In this document: positions 44,233 to 53,117 of the stretch, piece by piece
Layout: each line of letters begins with the position of its first letter
Position numbering within the stretch: the stretch's first letter is position 1
Source of the DNA: Clostridia bacterium
GTDB taxonomy: Bacteria > Bacillota > Clostridia > Oscillospirales > CAG-272
Length of the DNA: 64,000 bases
Direction of reading: 5' to 3'
NCBI GenBank assembly: GCA_017536475.1
Contig: JAFXHH010000021.1
Location: forward strand, 68,431-132,430
Notes under the pieces: generated by a model
Database searches by the model: none
What the model was told of the DNA's origin: nothing
The model's input: only the letters and a program-made list of their open reading frames with translations
Made by a program: the position numbers and the translations under genes

Positions 44233-45849
44233 ATGAAAAAATATATCTATACAGTCAAGGGATTGAACTCCCTCGAAAAAGCGGAGGAGGCAGCAAGAAT
44301 AGTTGCCGCGATTCTTCCCGATGCAACCGATATAGAGTGCGATCAGGAAAGCTCGACTCTCTCTTTTTCGATAAAATTCAACAAAACTAATCAGAACGAT
44401 GCAGAGCAAAGACTGCTCGGCGCGCTTGCCTTGTCGGATATCGAGCTGATACTTCCCGAGGGAGTCAATACGTATTCCTACGTAGGAGACAAACCGAAAA
44501 AGGTAAGAACGGTGCCGCTTGCGGTCGCCGTATCGCTCATCGCCGCATTTATGGCACTCGCTGTGCTTTTCACCTTCGCGTCTTGCGGATTTTATTCGGT
44601 GGGCATAAACGGAGGCATCATTACCCCCGGCATAAACAACGGAAACACGTCCGAATCTACTCCCGAGTATATCTCCGACCTTGTTAAGCTCGACGAGATA
44701 TTCCGTATGTACTCCTACGAGGGAGTCGACGAGGAAGCGATGCGTGCCGCGATACTCAAGGCATACGTCGAAGCAACGGGAGACCTTTACGCCGAGTATA
44801 TGACGGCAGAGGAGTACAAGAGCTATCTTGACGATAATGCAGGAGATTTCGTCGGCGTAGGAGTTTCAGTTGCATATACCACGATAGAGATCAATGGATA
44901 TGATTATAACGTGCTGCAGATAATCTCGGTCTTTGCCGATTCTCCCGCGCTTGAAGCGGGAGTGCAGGTAGGCGACTGTGTTATGTACGCAGGTATCGGC
45001 GACAATAAAGAGATGGTGCAGACGCTTGGATACACCGAGGCGATCAGCAGGATCCGCGGAGAAGCGGGAACTGTCGCCGAGTTCACGGTATTCCGTCCCG
45101 ACAAAAATGAAGCCTCGGGATATAAGGAGATCGAATTTTCAATCGAAAGAAGAGCTGTGACTTCACAATCGGTCACTTACCGAGTAAGCGAGACCAACAG
45201 TAAGGTAGGAATAGTCAGCGTCACGGGCTTTGACCTGACCACCGCACCTCAGTTTAGCGAGGCGGTAGATTCGCTCAAATCTCTCGGATGCGAATATTTC
45301 GTATTCGATATGAGAAACAATCCGGGCGGAGCACTCAACGCGATCCAAGCAGTACTTTCCTATTTTCTCAACAAGGGAGACCTGATAGTCTCCACCGAAT
45401 ACAGCGACGGCTCCAAAAATGAATATTACGTCAAAGAAGCAAAATATTCCTCGGAGTATTCGGGCTATAACGTAAGCAAATCGGACATTGGAAAATATAA
45501 GGATCTCAATATGATAGTCCTTACGAACGAGAATACGGCAAGTGCCGCAGAGCTTTTCACGGCGACTATGCGCGATTACGGTCTTGCCGAGATCGTAGGA
45601 ACTAAGACTTACGGCAAGGGCTGTATGCAGAGCATCCTCTCTTTGTCGCGTTACGGACTTGACGGCGCGCTTCGCGTTACGAGCGCAATGTATTTCTCGA
45701 AGAGCCACACGGTATATCATAATATAGGTATCGTGCCCGATCATGAGATCGAGCTTAGCGAGGAAGCGAAGGAATACAATTTCTTCCTCATGCCCGAGCA
45801 TTTGGACAATCAGCTTCAGAAAGCTATCGAAATAATAACACAAAAATAA
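44233..45849 (+). CDS. S41-family C-terminal processing peptidase with an N-terminal extra domain and a TM anchor
   Basis: TM segment LAVAVSLIAAFMALAVLFTF, a PDZ-like region, and S41 catalytic blocks NENTASAAELF (Ser) and KTYGKGCMQ (Lys). Confidence 0.88.
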   Translation: MKKYIYTVKGLNSLEKAEEAARIVAAILPDATDIECDQESSTLSFSIKFNKTNQNDAEQRLLGALALSDIELILPEGVNTYSYVGDKPKKVRTVPLAVAVSLIAAFMALAVLFTFASCGFYSVGINGGIITPGINNGNTSESTPEYISDLVKLDEIFRMYSYEGVDEEAMRAAILKAYVEATGDLYAEYMTAEEYKSYLDDNAGDFVGVGVSVAYTTIEINGYDYNVLQIISVFADSPALEAGVQVGDCVMYAGIGDNKEMVQTLGYTEAISRIRGEAGTVAEFTVFRPDKNEASGYKEIEFSIERRAVTSQSVTYRVSETNSKVGIVSVTGFDLTTAPQFSEAVDSLKSLGCEYFVFDMRNNPGGALNAIQAVLSYFLNKGDLIVSTEYSDGSKNEYYVKEAKYSSEYSGYNVSKSDIGKYKDLNMIVLTNENTASAAELFTATMRDYGLAEIVGTKTYGKGCMQSILSLSRYGLDGALRVTSAMYFSKSHTVYHNIGIVPDHEIELSEEAKEYNFFLMPEHLDNQLQKAIEIITQK

Positions 45850-45867
45850 AATTTAAGGAGAATTACC

Positions 45868-46350
45868 ATGTCAAACAACAAACAGATGCTTTATACCCCC
45901 GAAGGATACAAGGTTCTCACCGATGAGCTCAACTACCTCAAGACCGTCAGAAGAGAAGAGATCAAGGAAGCTATCGCAGTAGCGAAGGGCTTCGGCGACC
46001 TTTCCGAGAACGCCGAGTACGATGAGGCAAGAAACGAGCAGGCAAAGACCGAGGCAAGAATCAAGGAGCTCGAGGAGCTCGTTGCAAACGCAGTCGTAGT
46101 AGACGAGACCAAGCTTGATACGAGCGTAGTATCTCTCGGATCTGTCGTAACCGTTTACGACGTCGAGGAGGACGAGGATATCACATACAGCATCGTGGGC
46201 TCCAACGAGGCAAACCCTATGGAGCACAAGATCTCTGACCAGTCCCCCATCGGTAAGGCACTTATGGGAGCAAAGGCGGGCGATACCGTTGTTATCGAGG
46301 TTCCTTACGGCACGATCCACATGGAGATCAAGGAAGTAAGTAGAAAGTAA
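45868..46350 (+). CDS. greA: Transcription elongation factor GreA
   Basis: LTPEGYKVLTDELNYLKTVRREEI...GDLSENAEYDEAR, and a C-terminal SDQSPIGKALMGAKAGD block. Confidence 0.95.
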   Translation: MSNNKQMLYTPEGYKVLTDELNYLKTVRREEIKEAIAVAKGFGDLSENAEYDEARNEQAKTEARIKELEELVANAVVVDETKLDTSVVSLGSVVTVYDVEEDEDITYSIVGSNEANPMEHKISDQSPIGKALMGAKAGDTVVIEVPYGTIHMEIKEVSRK

Positions 46351-46374
46351 TAAAAAGCTAAAACGGAGAAAAAT

Positions 46375-47133
46375 ATGGGAGACAACAAAGATTTCGACGA
46401 GTCAAAGCTTGATACGACTGAAATCAGGTTGACCTCGGAAAATAAAATACTGTCGAAGCTTTCAAATTTTTGGTATCACTATAAGTGGACGGTAATAATA
46501 GTTGCATTTTTTGCGACGATACTTATAATCGGCGTGGTTCAGATGATTCAAAAGGAAGAAGACGATACGTTCGTCGTGCTAGCCGCACCGACGACCTTTT
46601 ACGGCGAGGATCTTTCTGGCATCAATGCCGCACTCGAATCTCTGATGCCGTCCGATATAAACGGAGACGGCAAAAAGAGTATCTGCCTTATGACCTACTC
46701 GATATATTCCGAGGAGGAGATGAAGGCGGTTAACGAGGAAGAGACTGACGAGAACGGGCGTTATATCACGAAGGTATTTCAAAGTCATAATACGCAGGAG
46801 CATCAATCCTACGTCGAGTATTTAAGAAACGGAGAGGCGTCGATACTTTTCGTAAGCGAATATTTGTATTCAAGTCTTCGCGATAACGATACGCTTCGCT
46901 CAATGAGCGAGCTGTTTGGTGAGAATCTGCCCGAGGGCACTCTTTCAGACGGATACGGAGTACGCCTTGGCGATCTTGCAATCTACGAATTTTGCCCTGA
47001 TCTTCAAAGACTTCCCGAGGATACGGTAGTTTGTTTGAAGCGAGCGCATATATGGGGCGCAAGCTCAAACAAGAAGACCTACGCCGCACTTGAGGAATTT
47101 TACAAAAGCATAGTCACCTTCGGTGAAAACTGA
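46375..47133 (+). CDS. Hypothetical single-pass membrane protein
   Basis: TM segment WTVIIVAFFATILIIGVV. An RBS GGAGAA precedes the ATG. No recognisable domain. Confidence 0.6.
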   Translation: MGDNKDFDESKLDTTEIRLTSENKILSKLSNFWYHYKWTVIIVAFFATILIIGVVQMIQKEEDDTFVVLAAPTTFYGEDLSGINAALESLMPSDINGDGKKSICLMTYSIYSEEEMKAVNEEETDENGRYITKVFQSHNTQEHQSYVEYLRNGEASILFVSEYLYSSLRDNDTLRSMSELFGENLPEGTLSDGYGVRLGDLAIYEFCPDLQRLPEDTVVCLKRAHIWGASSNKKTYAALEEFYKSIVTFGEN

Positions 47134-47193
47134 TCGAAGTTTTTAAAACGGCTGACGCTTGACATTACAAGACAAATCAGAGAGGAGCAAACG

Positions 47194-47664
47194 ATGAAGC
47201 TTCTGTTTAAACAACGTGTATTTTCTTGGTTTGATAGCTACGATATCTACGATGAATTCGGGAATACAGTGTTCACCGTAAAGGGTCAGATGTCGTGGGG
47301 CAAGCTGCTCAATATATACGATGCCTCAGGTAAATACGTAGGCTCGCTCAAGCAAAAGGTGTTCAGATTTCTGCCCACGTTTGAAATGTACCTTGGAGAC
47401 CGTTTAGTCGGCACGATACAAAAGGAGTTTACCTTTTTCCGTCCATCGTTCCATATAGATTGCAACGGCTGGTACATATCGGGAAACTGGTTCGAATGGG
47501 ATTATATGATCGTTTCTCCGAACGACGAGGGTATTGCTACCGTTTCCAAGGAGATCTTTAATTGGACAGACACCTATTCCATCGACGTTCGCGATCCCGC
47601 GAATGCAGTTGCCGTACTAATGATAGTTTTGGCGATCGATGCTGAAAAAGACACAAGAGATTAA
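47194..47664 (+). CDS. LURP-one-related / YxjI-family (tubby C-terminal-like fold) protein
   Basis: Family-typical N-terminus MKLLFKQRVFSWFDSYDIYDEFGNTVFTVKG and repeated beta-strand pattern. RBS GAGGAG. Confidence 0.7.
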   Translation: MKLLFKQRVFSWFDSYDIYDEFGNTVFTVKGQMSWGKLLNIYDASGKYVGSLKQKVFRFLPTFEMYLGDRLVGTIQKEFTFFRPSFHIDCNGWYISGNWFEWDYMIVSPNDEGIATVSKEIFNWTDTYSIDVRDPANAVAVLMIVLAIDAEKDTRD

Positions 47665-47673
47665 TAAATAAGA

Positions 47674-47712
47674 CCCGTTACCGACTGAAAAATACGGTAA
47701 CGGGAATTTTTT
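47674..47712 (+). terminator. Rho-independent terminator
   Basis: CCCGTTACCG (47674-47683) and CGGTAACGGG (47695-47704), followed by AATTTTTT. Confidence 0.8.
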
Positions 47713-47804
47713 AGCTTAATTTTAAAAAACCATTAAATCTTCACACTAAATTCATCAATATGTGGTATCATATATGCGTAGTATAATTTTGGGAAGAAAG
47801 ATAA

Positions 47805-48263
47805 ATGGGAAAATTCAAAGAAAAATTATATCGCTTCTTTTACGGAAGATACGGAACCGATCAGCTCTATAAATTTTGCTTGATATTGGTCTTAGTGCTT
47901 ATGGTAGTAAGCCTTGTGCTGCAGTTCGTACTGCCCGAGGGACTTGTTTCTGCCATAGTGAGTCTGTCGATAAGCGTGGCGACCTATATTTTGCTGTTTC
48001 GGATGATATTTCGATCAATGTCGAGAAATATCTATAAACGCCGCCGCGAAAATGAAAGATATCTCAGAATAAGCGGCGCGGTGAAAAGATTTTTCATCGG
48101 CAATACGTCAAGAAAGACAAAGAGCGCCAACCGTGACGATCAGTACTATATTTTCAGAGATTGCACCAGATGCAAGGCGACCCTTCGCCTGCCGAGAAAA
48201 AAAGGCAAGCACTCGGTAAAATGTCCGAGATGCTCGCATAGCTTTTACGTCAGATCAAAATAA
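47805..48263 (+). CDS. Hypothetical membrane protein with a C-terminal zinc ribbon
   Basis: Two hydrophobic segments, then CTRCKATLRLPRKKGKHSVKCPRCSH (CxxC...CxxC). Confidence 0.6.
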   Translation: MGKFKEKLYRFFYGRYGTDQLYKFCLILVLVLMVVSLVLQFVLPEGLVSAIVSLSISVATYILLFRMIFRSMSRNIYKRRRENERYLRISGAVKRFFIGNTSRKTKSANRDDQYYIFRDCTRCKATLRLPRKKGKHSVKCPRCSHSFYVRSK

Positions 48264-48295
48264 GCCTACTTCAAATCACTGTAAGGAGAATGACC

Positions 48296-49300
48296 ATGGC
48301 ACAGAAGAAAAAGAAAAGCAGCAGACTTGCAAAAAAAGTAAAGAGAAGAGTAATTAAGGGCATTATTATCCCCTTGATACTTCTGATGTTCGCGTATGTG
48401 TTCGTCAGCGCAGTCGATTACTTTGATATCAACGTCGGATTTGATCTTGATCTGCAGGGATGCGGATTGTTCGAGCTGTTCGGTCCGAATGATAGAGGAG
48501 AATCGGTGCAGAAGCCTCCAATAGTACTTGAGGGTGACGAGGTCGCATTCCACTTTATTGACGTCGGTCAGGGCGACGCGATACTGATCACCACCGCCGA
48601 GGGCAACATTCTCGTAGATACGAGTGAAATAGGCGAGAGAGATCTGCTTGTAAAATATCTCAGCGAGCAGAATATCACCTCGCTTAAATACCTGATACTG
48701 ACTCACACCGATGCCGATCATATCGGAAGCGCCGATTACGTCGTTGAAAACTACGACGTTGACACGGTAATGATGACAGATTATACGGCAACCACCAAGA
48801 CTTACGAAAGATTGCTGACTGCGATCGAAAACAAGAATACAAACGTGATCATTCCGGAGTCGGGATACGTATTCACCCTCGGAGCTTTGCAGATGACGGT
48901 GATCGGCCCCGCTGAAAAGATCAACGATCCTAACGAAATGAGTCTGGTCATCAAGGCAGAGCACGGAGATACCTCCGTAATGCTCACGGGCGACGCGGAG
49001 CTCGAATCGGAGGCGGCGATCCTCAAGCATTGGTCCGACGAATCGTTGCAGGTCGATATTTTGAAGGTTGGTCATCACGGCTCGAGAACGTCCACGACCG
49101 ACGAGTTCCTTGCGGCAATGAATCCCTCCGTAGCAGTCATTTCCTGCGGCGAGGGAAATGACTACGGACATCCTCACGAAGAGATAGTAGATAAGCTCAC
49201 CGAAAAGGGAGTTGCGATATATCGCACCGACAAGGACGGTACGATAGTTATCATCAGCGACGGCAAGGAATGGAATGTTATTGAAGATCAAAACTCATAA
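48296..49300 (+). CDS. MBL-fold metallo-hydrolase (ComEC C-terminal-domain-like), membrane anchored
   Basis: HFIDVGQGDAILI, LTHTDADHIG (HxHxDH-type) and VGHHGS. ATG at 48296 is 7 nt after GGAG; the ATG at 48290 abuts the RBS. Confidence 0.85.
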   Translation: MAQKKKKSSRLAKKVKRRVIKGIIIPLILLMFAYVFVSAVDYFDINVGFDLDLQGCGLFELFGPNDRGESVQKPPIVLEGDEVAFHFIDVGQGDAILITTAEGNILVDTSEIGERDLLVKYLSEQNITSLKYLILTHTDADHIGSADYVVENYDVDTVMMTDYTATTKTYERLLTAIENKNTNVIIPESGYVFTLGALQMTVIGPAEKINDPNEMSLVIKAEHGDTSVMLTGDAELESEAAILKHWSDESLQVDILKVGHHGSRTSTTDEFLAAMNPSVAVISCGEGNDYGHPHEEIVDKLTEKGVAIYRTDKDGTIVIISDGKEWNVIEDQNS

Positions 49301-49323
49301 ATAAAAATTGTGGAGATGTTTGA

Positions 49324-49653
49324 ATGAATGAGCAAGTAAAAGAGTATTTAGAAAAATACCCGAGTGAAATTGTTGATTTGTTTAACAGCTTGAGACATAT
49401 TGTTTTTGATAGTGTGTTATCTGAACCAAAGGAAACGCTTTGGGCTAAATTGCCAAGCTATTATGTTGGTGAATCTTTTGTAAGGCTTATTCCATTCAAA
49501 GACCATATCAACGTTGAAGCCAAGGCTATAACCGAATATAAGGAAGAGTTGTCCGAGTATAAGGTAACACCAAAGGGAATGCTACAAATTTTTGGGGGTC
49601 AAAATATCCCTGTAGACATGTTGAAGCGGATATTTGCTGAAACCTTGAACTGA
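49324..49653 (+). CDS. DUF1801 (YdhG-like) domain protein
   Basis: The pattern VKEYLEKYPSEIVDLFNSLRHIV...LIPFKDHINV resembles DUF1801. The gene is visibly more AT-rich than its neighbours. Confidence 0.6.
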   Translation: MNEQVKEYLEKYPSEIVDLFNSLRHIVFDSVLSEPKETLWAKLPSYYVGESFVRLIPFKDHINVEAKAITEYKEELSEYKVTPKGMLQIFGGQNIPVDMLKRIFAETLN

Positions 49654-49673
49654 CAATTTATCAAATATAAAAA

Positions 49674-49702
49674 CCGACAGATTCTGATCTGTCGGTTTTT
49701 TT
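49674..49702. terminator. Bidirectional terminator between the DUF1801 gene and fucI
   Basis: CCGACAGAT, loop TCTG, ATCTGTCGG, flanked by AAAAA on the left and TTTTTTT on the right. Confidence 0.85.
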
Positions 49703-49729
49703 ATGATAATCTGAAATTTATCCTAAGAT

Positions 49730-51526
49730 TTATTTCTTAAACTGTGCTCCGAATGCGGCACAAGCGCGGTAGTCCTGACCTTCTTTGTCCATACCGAATG
49801 CGTTCCATGCGGCAGGACGGAAGATCTTGTCCTCGGGTACGTTGTGCATGCTTACGGGTATGCGGAGCATAGAGCAGAGCGTGATAAGGTCTGCGCCTAT
49901 GTGACTGTAGGAGATCGCTCCGTGGTTAGCGCCCCAGTTGTTCATAACGTCGTAAGCCGTCTTGAACGCGCCCTCGCCGGTGCAACGGGGAGCGAACCAA
50001 GTGCAAGGCCAGGTGTAGTCGGTGCGAGCCCACAACGTGTCGCTGACGTCGTGAGGCAGGGCAACTGTCCAACCCTCCGCGATCTGCAAAACGGGACCGA
50101 GTCCTTTGACAAGATTGAGTCTTATCATTGTAACGGGCATTTCTGCCTTTGTCTCAAAGCGCGAAGAATATCCACCGCCGCGGAAGTATCCGATGTCGGC
50201 GTAGTTCCAGGTGGTGTTCTCCATAACGGTGTCGCAATCAGCCTCGGTCATCTCGTACCAGGGCTTCATTGTGGCATTTCCGTTTTCATCCTTGACTTCA
50301 CCGCAAGCATCAAGACAGCAAGCGCCCGAGTTGATAAGGTGAATGATACCGTCGCTTTCCTTTGCCTTGCCGTCGATGTCGTAGCCTGTGCAACGCTTGA
50401 TCGCGTCACCCGACCAATAGGTGCGAACGTCGGCAAACATCTGCGCGCGATTGGTAAGCAGCTTCATAAAGAGCATACCGAGACCGTTGAGAACGTCATT
50501 TTCGGTAGCGAGAATATAAGGCTCTCTTGCGCCGTTCCAGTCGAACGAGGTGTTGAGGAGCGACTCGGGGAAATCGCAGTTGGGATAAAAATCCGTCCAC
50601 TGTCTCTGACCCTGGAAGCCTGCCGCGATCGCGTTGTGACCAACCATTTCCTCCTCACAACCCTCGGGGAGATTGTCGTTTCCGTTCATAAGGTCCTTGA
50701 TGATGACCATCATCTTGACCACAAACTCCCAATCGGCATCCTTGTGCTCGCGGCTTCTCTGAAGCTCGGCAGGGTTCTTGTCAAAGCCCTCAATGCACTT
50801 TTCCTTGACCCAAGCGAGTGCCTTTTCGTATTCCTTCTTGTCGTATATCTCCTCGGTCATTCGACGGATGATCTCAACCTCGTCGACCGACTCAACTCTC
50901 ATTCCGAGATAATCCTCGATAAAATCGGTGTCAATGATCGAGCCGCCGATGCCCATACAGATAGAGCCGATCTGTAAATAAGACTTTCCGCGCATCGAAG
51001 CCGCCGCAACCGCCGCGCGACCGAAGCGAAGGAGCTTTTCTTCAACGTCCGCAGGAATAGTCGTATCGTCAAGATCCTGAACGTCGTGACCGTATATGCC
51101 AAATGCGGGCAGACCCTTTTGCGCGTGAGTTGCGAGAACCGAGGCAAGATAAACTGCGCCGGGGCGCTCGGTTCCGTTGAATCCCCAAACCGCCTTGATC
51201 GTGTTGGGGTCCATATCCATCGTCTCCGCGCCGTAGCACCAGCAGGGAGTGACCGTGAGGGTGATGTCAACGCCTTCGCGACGGAACTTGTCCGCACATG
51301 CCGCCGCCTCGCCGACGCGACCGATAGTTGTGTCTGCGATAACGACCTTCACGGGCTCGCCGTTGGAGTATCTGAGGTTTTCAGTGAAGAGCGCTGCCGC
51401 ACGCTTCGCCATATTCATGGTCTGATCCTCGAGCGACTCGCGAACCTTGAGTGCTCCGCGACGGCCGTCGATCGTGGGGCGTATGCCGATAACGGGGTAG
51501 CTGCCGATAAGTCTGTTCTTTGCCAT
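49730..51526 (-). CDS. fucI: L-fucose isomerase
   Basis: About 598 aa. N-terminus [23 protein letters not shown] and family blocks throughout. ATG at 51526 is 5 nt after GGAGGA; the listed start at 51538 is a TTG. Confidence 0.9.
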   Translation of the reverse strand: MAKNRLIGSYPVIGIRPTIDGRRGALKVRESLEDQTMNMAKRAAALFTENLRYSNGEPVKVVIADTTIGRVGEAAACADKFRREGVDITLTVTPCWCYGAETMDMDPNTIKAVWGFNGTERPGAVYLASVLATHAQKGLPAFGIYGHDVQDLDDTTIPADVEEKLLRFGRAAVAAASMRGKSYLQIGSICMGIGGSIIDTDFIEDYLGMRVESVDEVEIIRRMTEEIYDKKEYEKALAWVKEKCIEGFDKNPAELQRSREHKDADWEFVVKMMVIIKDLMNGNDNLPEGCEEEMVGHNAIAAGFQGQRQWTDFYPNCDFPESLLNTSFDWNGAREPYILATENDVLNGLGMLFMKLLTNRAQMFADVRTYWSGDAIKRCTGYDIDGKAKESDGIIHLINSGACCLDACGEVKDENGNATMKPWYEMTEADCDTVMENTTWNYADIGYFRGGGYSSRFETKAEMPVTMIRLNLVKGLGPVLQIAEGWTVALPHDVSDTLWARTDYTWPCTWFAPRCTGEGAFKTAYDVMNNWGANHGAISYSHIGADLITLCSMLRIPVSMHNVPEDKIFRPAAWNAFGMDKEGQDYRACAAFGAQFKK

Positions 51527-51609
51527 ATTGTCCTCCAATATAATAAATTATAAATATAGAGAAATTTTTGTCTACTACTTGAATTATAGTCGATTTTATG
51601 TTAAAATAC

Positions 51610-51638
51610 TTGTACAAACATCCAAAATGTTTGTACAA
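51610..51638. promoter_or_regulatory. 12-bp perfect inverted repeat in the fucI / araC-family divergent region (candidate operator)
   Basis: TTGTACAAACAT (51610-51621), spacer CCAAA, ATGTTTGTACAA (51627-51638). It overlaps a possible TTGTAC -35 and TACAAT -10 pair. Confidence 0.55.
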
Positions 51639-51661
51639 TAGTCAGCATTACTCTTTGCGAG

Positions 51662-52546
51662 GTGAAAATAGTGAAATTTTCCGACTACGAGGAGAACGAG
51701 CAACGCGGCTCGGGCTCATTTCCGATACAGTATTACTTAGTTGACGAGAAGCATTCCAGGTATGTCATGCGCTTGCATTGGCACCGCGAATTTGAGATCG
51801 TCAGAGTTATCGAGGGCGAGCTTGCCCTCTACCTCAACAACGAAAAGCATATCGCGACCGCAGGCGACGTCGTATTTATCGCGTCGGGCACGCTCCACAG
51901 AGCCGAGCCGACCGATTGTGTCTACGAGTGCGTGGTTTTTGATCTGAGCATCGTTTCGGGCTACAATAACACTAAAATCTCGTCGATGATCCGCCCGATA
52001 ATAAGCGGAGACGTCGAGACAGATCTGACCTGTGATAGCGCCGTGCCCATTGCAAGAGAGCTTATCAGATCCGTCGCCGAGGCGGGAGACTACTTCGAGC
52101 TTAAGGTCTCGTCGCTTGCCGCAGAAATGATCTACGAAATGTATTCGTCGGGGGCGGTACGCGCACCGCAGGACGAAAACAAGCGGCTCACTCACCGCCG
52201 TGCGCTTATGACTCTGCTTCTTGATACGATCGAGAGGGAATACAGCCGAAAAATAACCCTCGCGGAGCTCGCCGAGATCGCGCAGATCAACGAAAAATAT
52301 CTCTGCCGCTTCTTCAAGGAGTTCACGGGACAGACCCCGATCGACTACATCAACCGCCTGCGCGTCGACCGCGCCTGCTACGAAATGACGGTCAATAAGC
52401 TCAATGTGACCGAAACAGCGTACGAATGCGGCTTTAATGAGCTGAGCTACTTTTCAAAATGCTTCAAGAAGTATAAGGGCGTCTCGCCGGGGCAGTATCG
52501 CTCCGAATTCTGCTCGGAGAATGGGGAGATCAAAAATGCAAACTAG
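51662..52546 (+). CDS. AraC-family transcriptional regulator (cupin sensor plus HTH)
   Basis: N-terminal cupin region HWHREFEIVRV...GTLHRAE. C-terminal dual HTH ITLAELAEIAQINEKYLCRFFKEFTGQTPIDYINRLRVDRA. GTG start at 51662, or possibly 51671. Confidence 0.88.
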   Translation: MKIVKFSDYEENEQRGSGSFPIQYYLVDEKHSRYVMRLHWHREFEIVRVIEGELALYLNNEKHIATAGDVVFIASGTLHRAEPTDCVYECVVFDLSIVSGYNNTKISSMIRPIISGDVETDLTCDSAVPIARELIRSVAEAGDYFELKVSSLAAEMIYEMYSSGAVRAPQDENKRLTHRRALMTLLLDTIEREYSRKITLAELAEIAQINEKYLCRFFKEFTGQTPIDYINRLRVDRACYEMTVNKLNVTETAYECGFNELSYFSKCFKKYKGVSPGQYRSEFCSENGEIKNAN

Positions 52547-53081
52547 ATGCTTTTGGTGTAATCTGAAAAACCCGATCTACGTCAGATATCACGACGAGGA
52601 ATGGGGAATACTTCGCACAGACGACGAATATCTCTTTGAAATGCTCATCCTCGAGTCGTTTCAGGCGGGCTTGTCCTGGGAGTGCATACTAAATAAAAGG
52701 GAGCACTTCAGAGCTGCGTTCGACGGCTTCGACAGAGAAAAAATAACCGCTTACGGCGAAGAAAAGCTCTCAGAGCTTTATGAGAACAAGAATATTATCC
52801 GAAACCGACTGAAAATAAAAGCCGCGGTCACAAATGCCGCGATTTTCGGCAGGATCGTCGACCAGTTCGGTAGCTCTTACGGCTATTTAAAGACATTCAC
52901 TCACGGAGAGATCATCTGTGAGTGCGATAAAGCGACCTCGCCCCTCTCGGACGCGATCTCAAACGACCTGAGATCACGCGGAATGAAATTCGTCGGCACA
53001 ACGATAATTTATTCCTACCTTCAGGCAGTCGGTATAATAAACTCACACGATAAGACCTGCTTTCTGTATCCTGAAAAATAA
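52536..53081 (+). CDS. tag: DNA-3-methyladenine glycosylase I
   Basis: RCFWCNLKNPIYVRYHDEEWG and FEMLILESFQAGLSW are Tag family blocks. ATG at 52536 overlaps the regulator's end. Confidence 0.9.
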   Translation: MQTRCFWCNLKNPIYVRYHDEEWGILRTDDEYLFEMLILESFQAGLSWECILNKREHFRAAFDGFDREKITAYGEEKLSELYENKNIIRNRLKIKAAVTNAAIFGRIVDQFGSSYGYLKTFTHGEIICECDKATSPLSDAISNDLRSRGMKFVGTTIIYSYLQAVGIINSHDKTCFLYPEK

Positions 53082-53115
53082 AAGATCCGAGAACTGCACC
53101 GTTCTCGGATCTTTT
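53080..53115. terminator. Bidirectional terminator between tag and clpX
   Basis: GATCCGAGAAC (53084-53094) and GTTCTCGGATC (53101-53111), flanked by AAAA and TTTT. Confidence 0.85.
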
Positions 53116-53117
53116 GG

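Noticed and set aside
48266-49291. 341-aa minus-strand ORF opposite the MBL-fold gene
   Set aside because: The plus-strand frame carries HxHxDH-type metallo-beta-lactamase motifs and an RBS. The minus-strand frame has neither.
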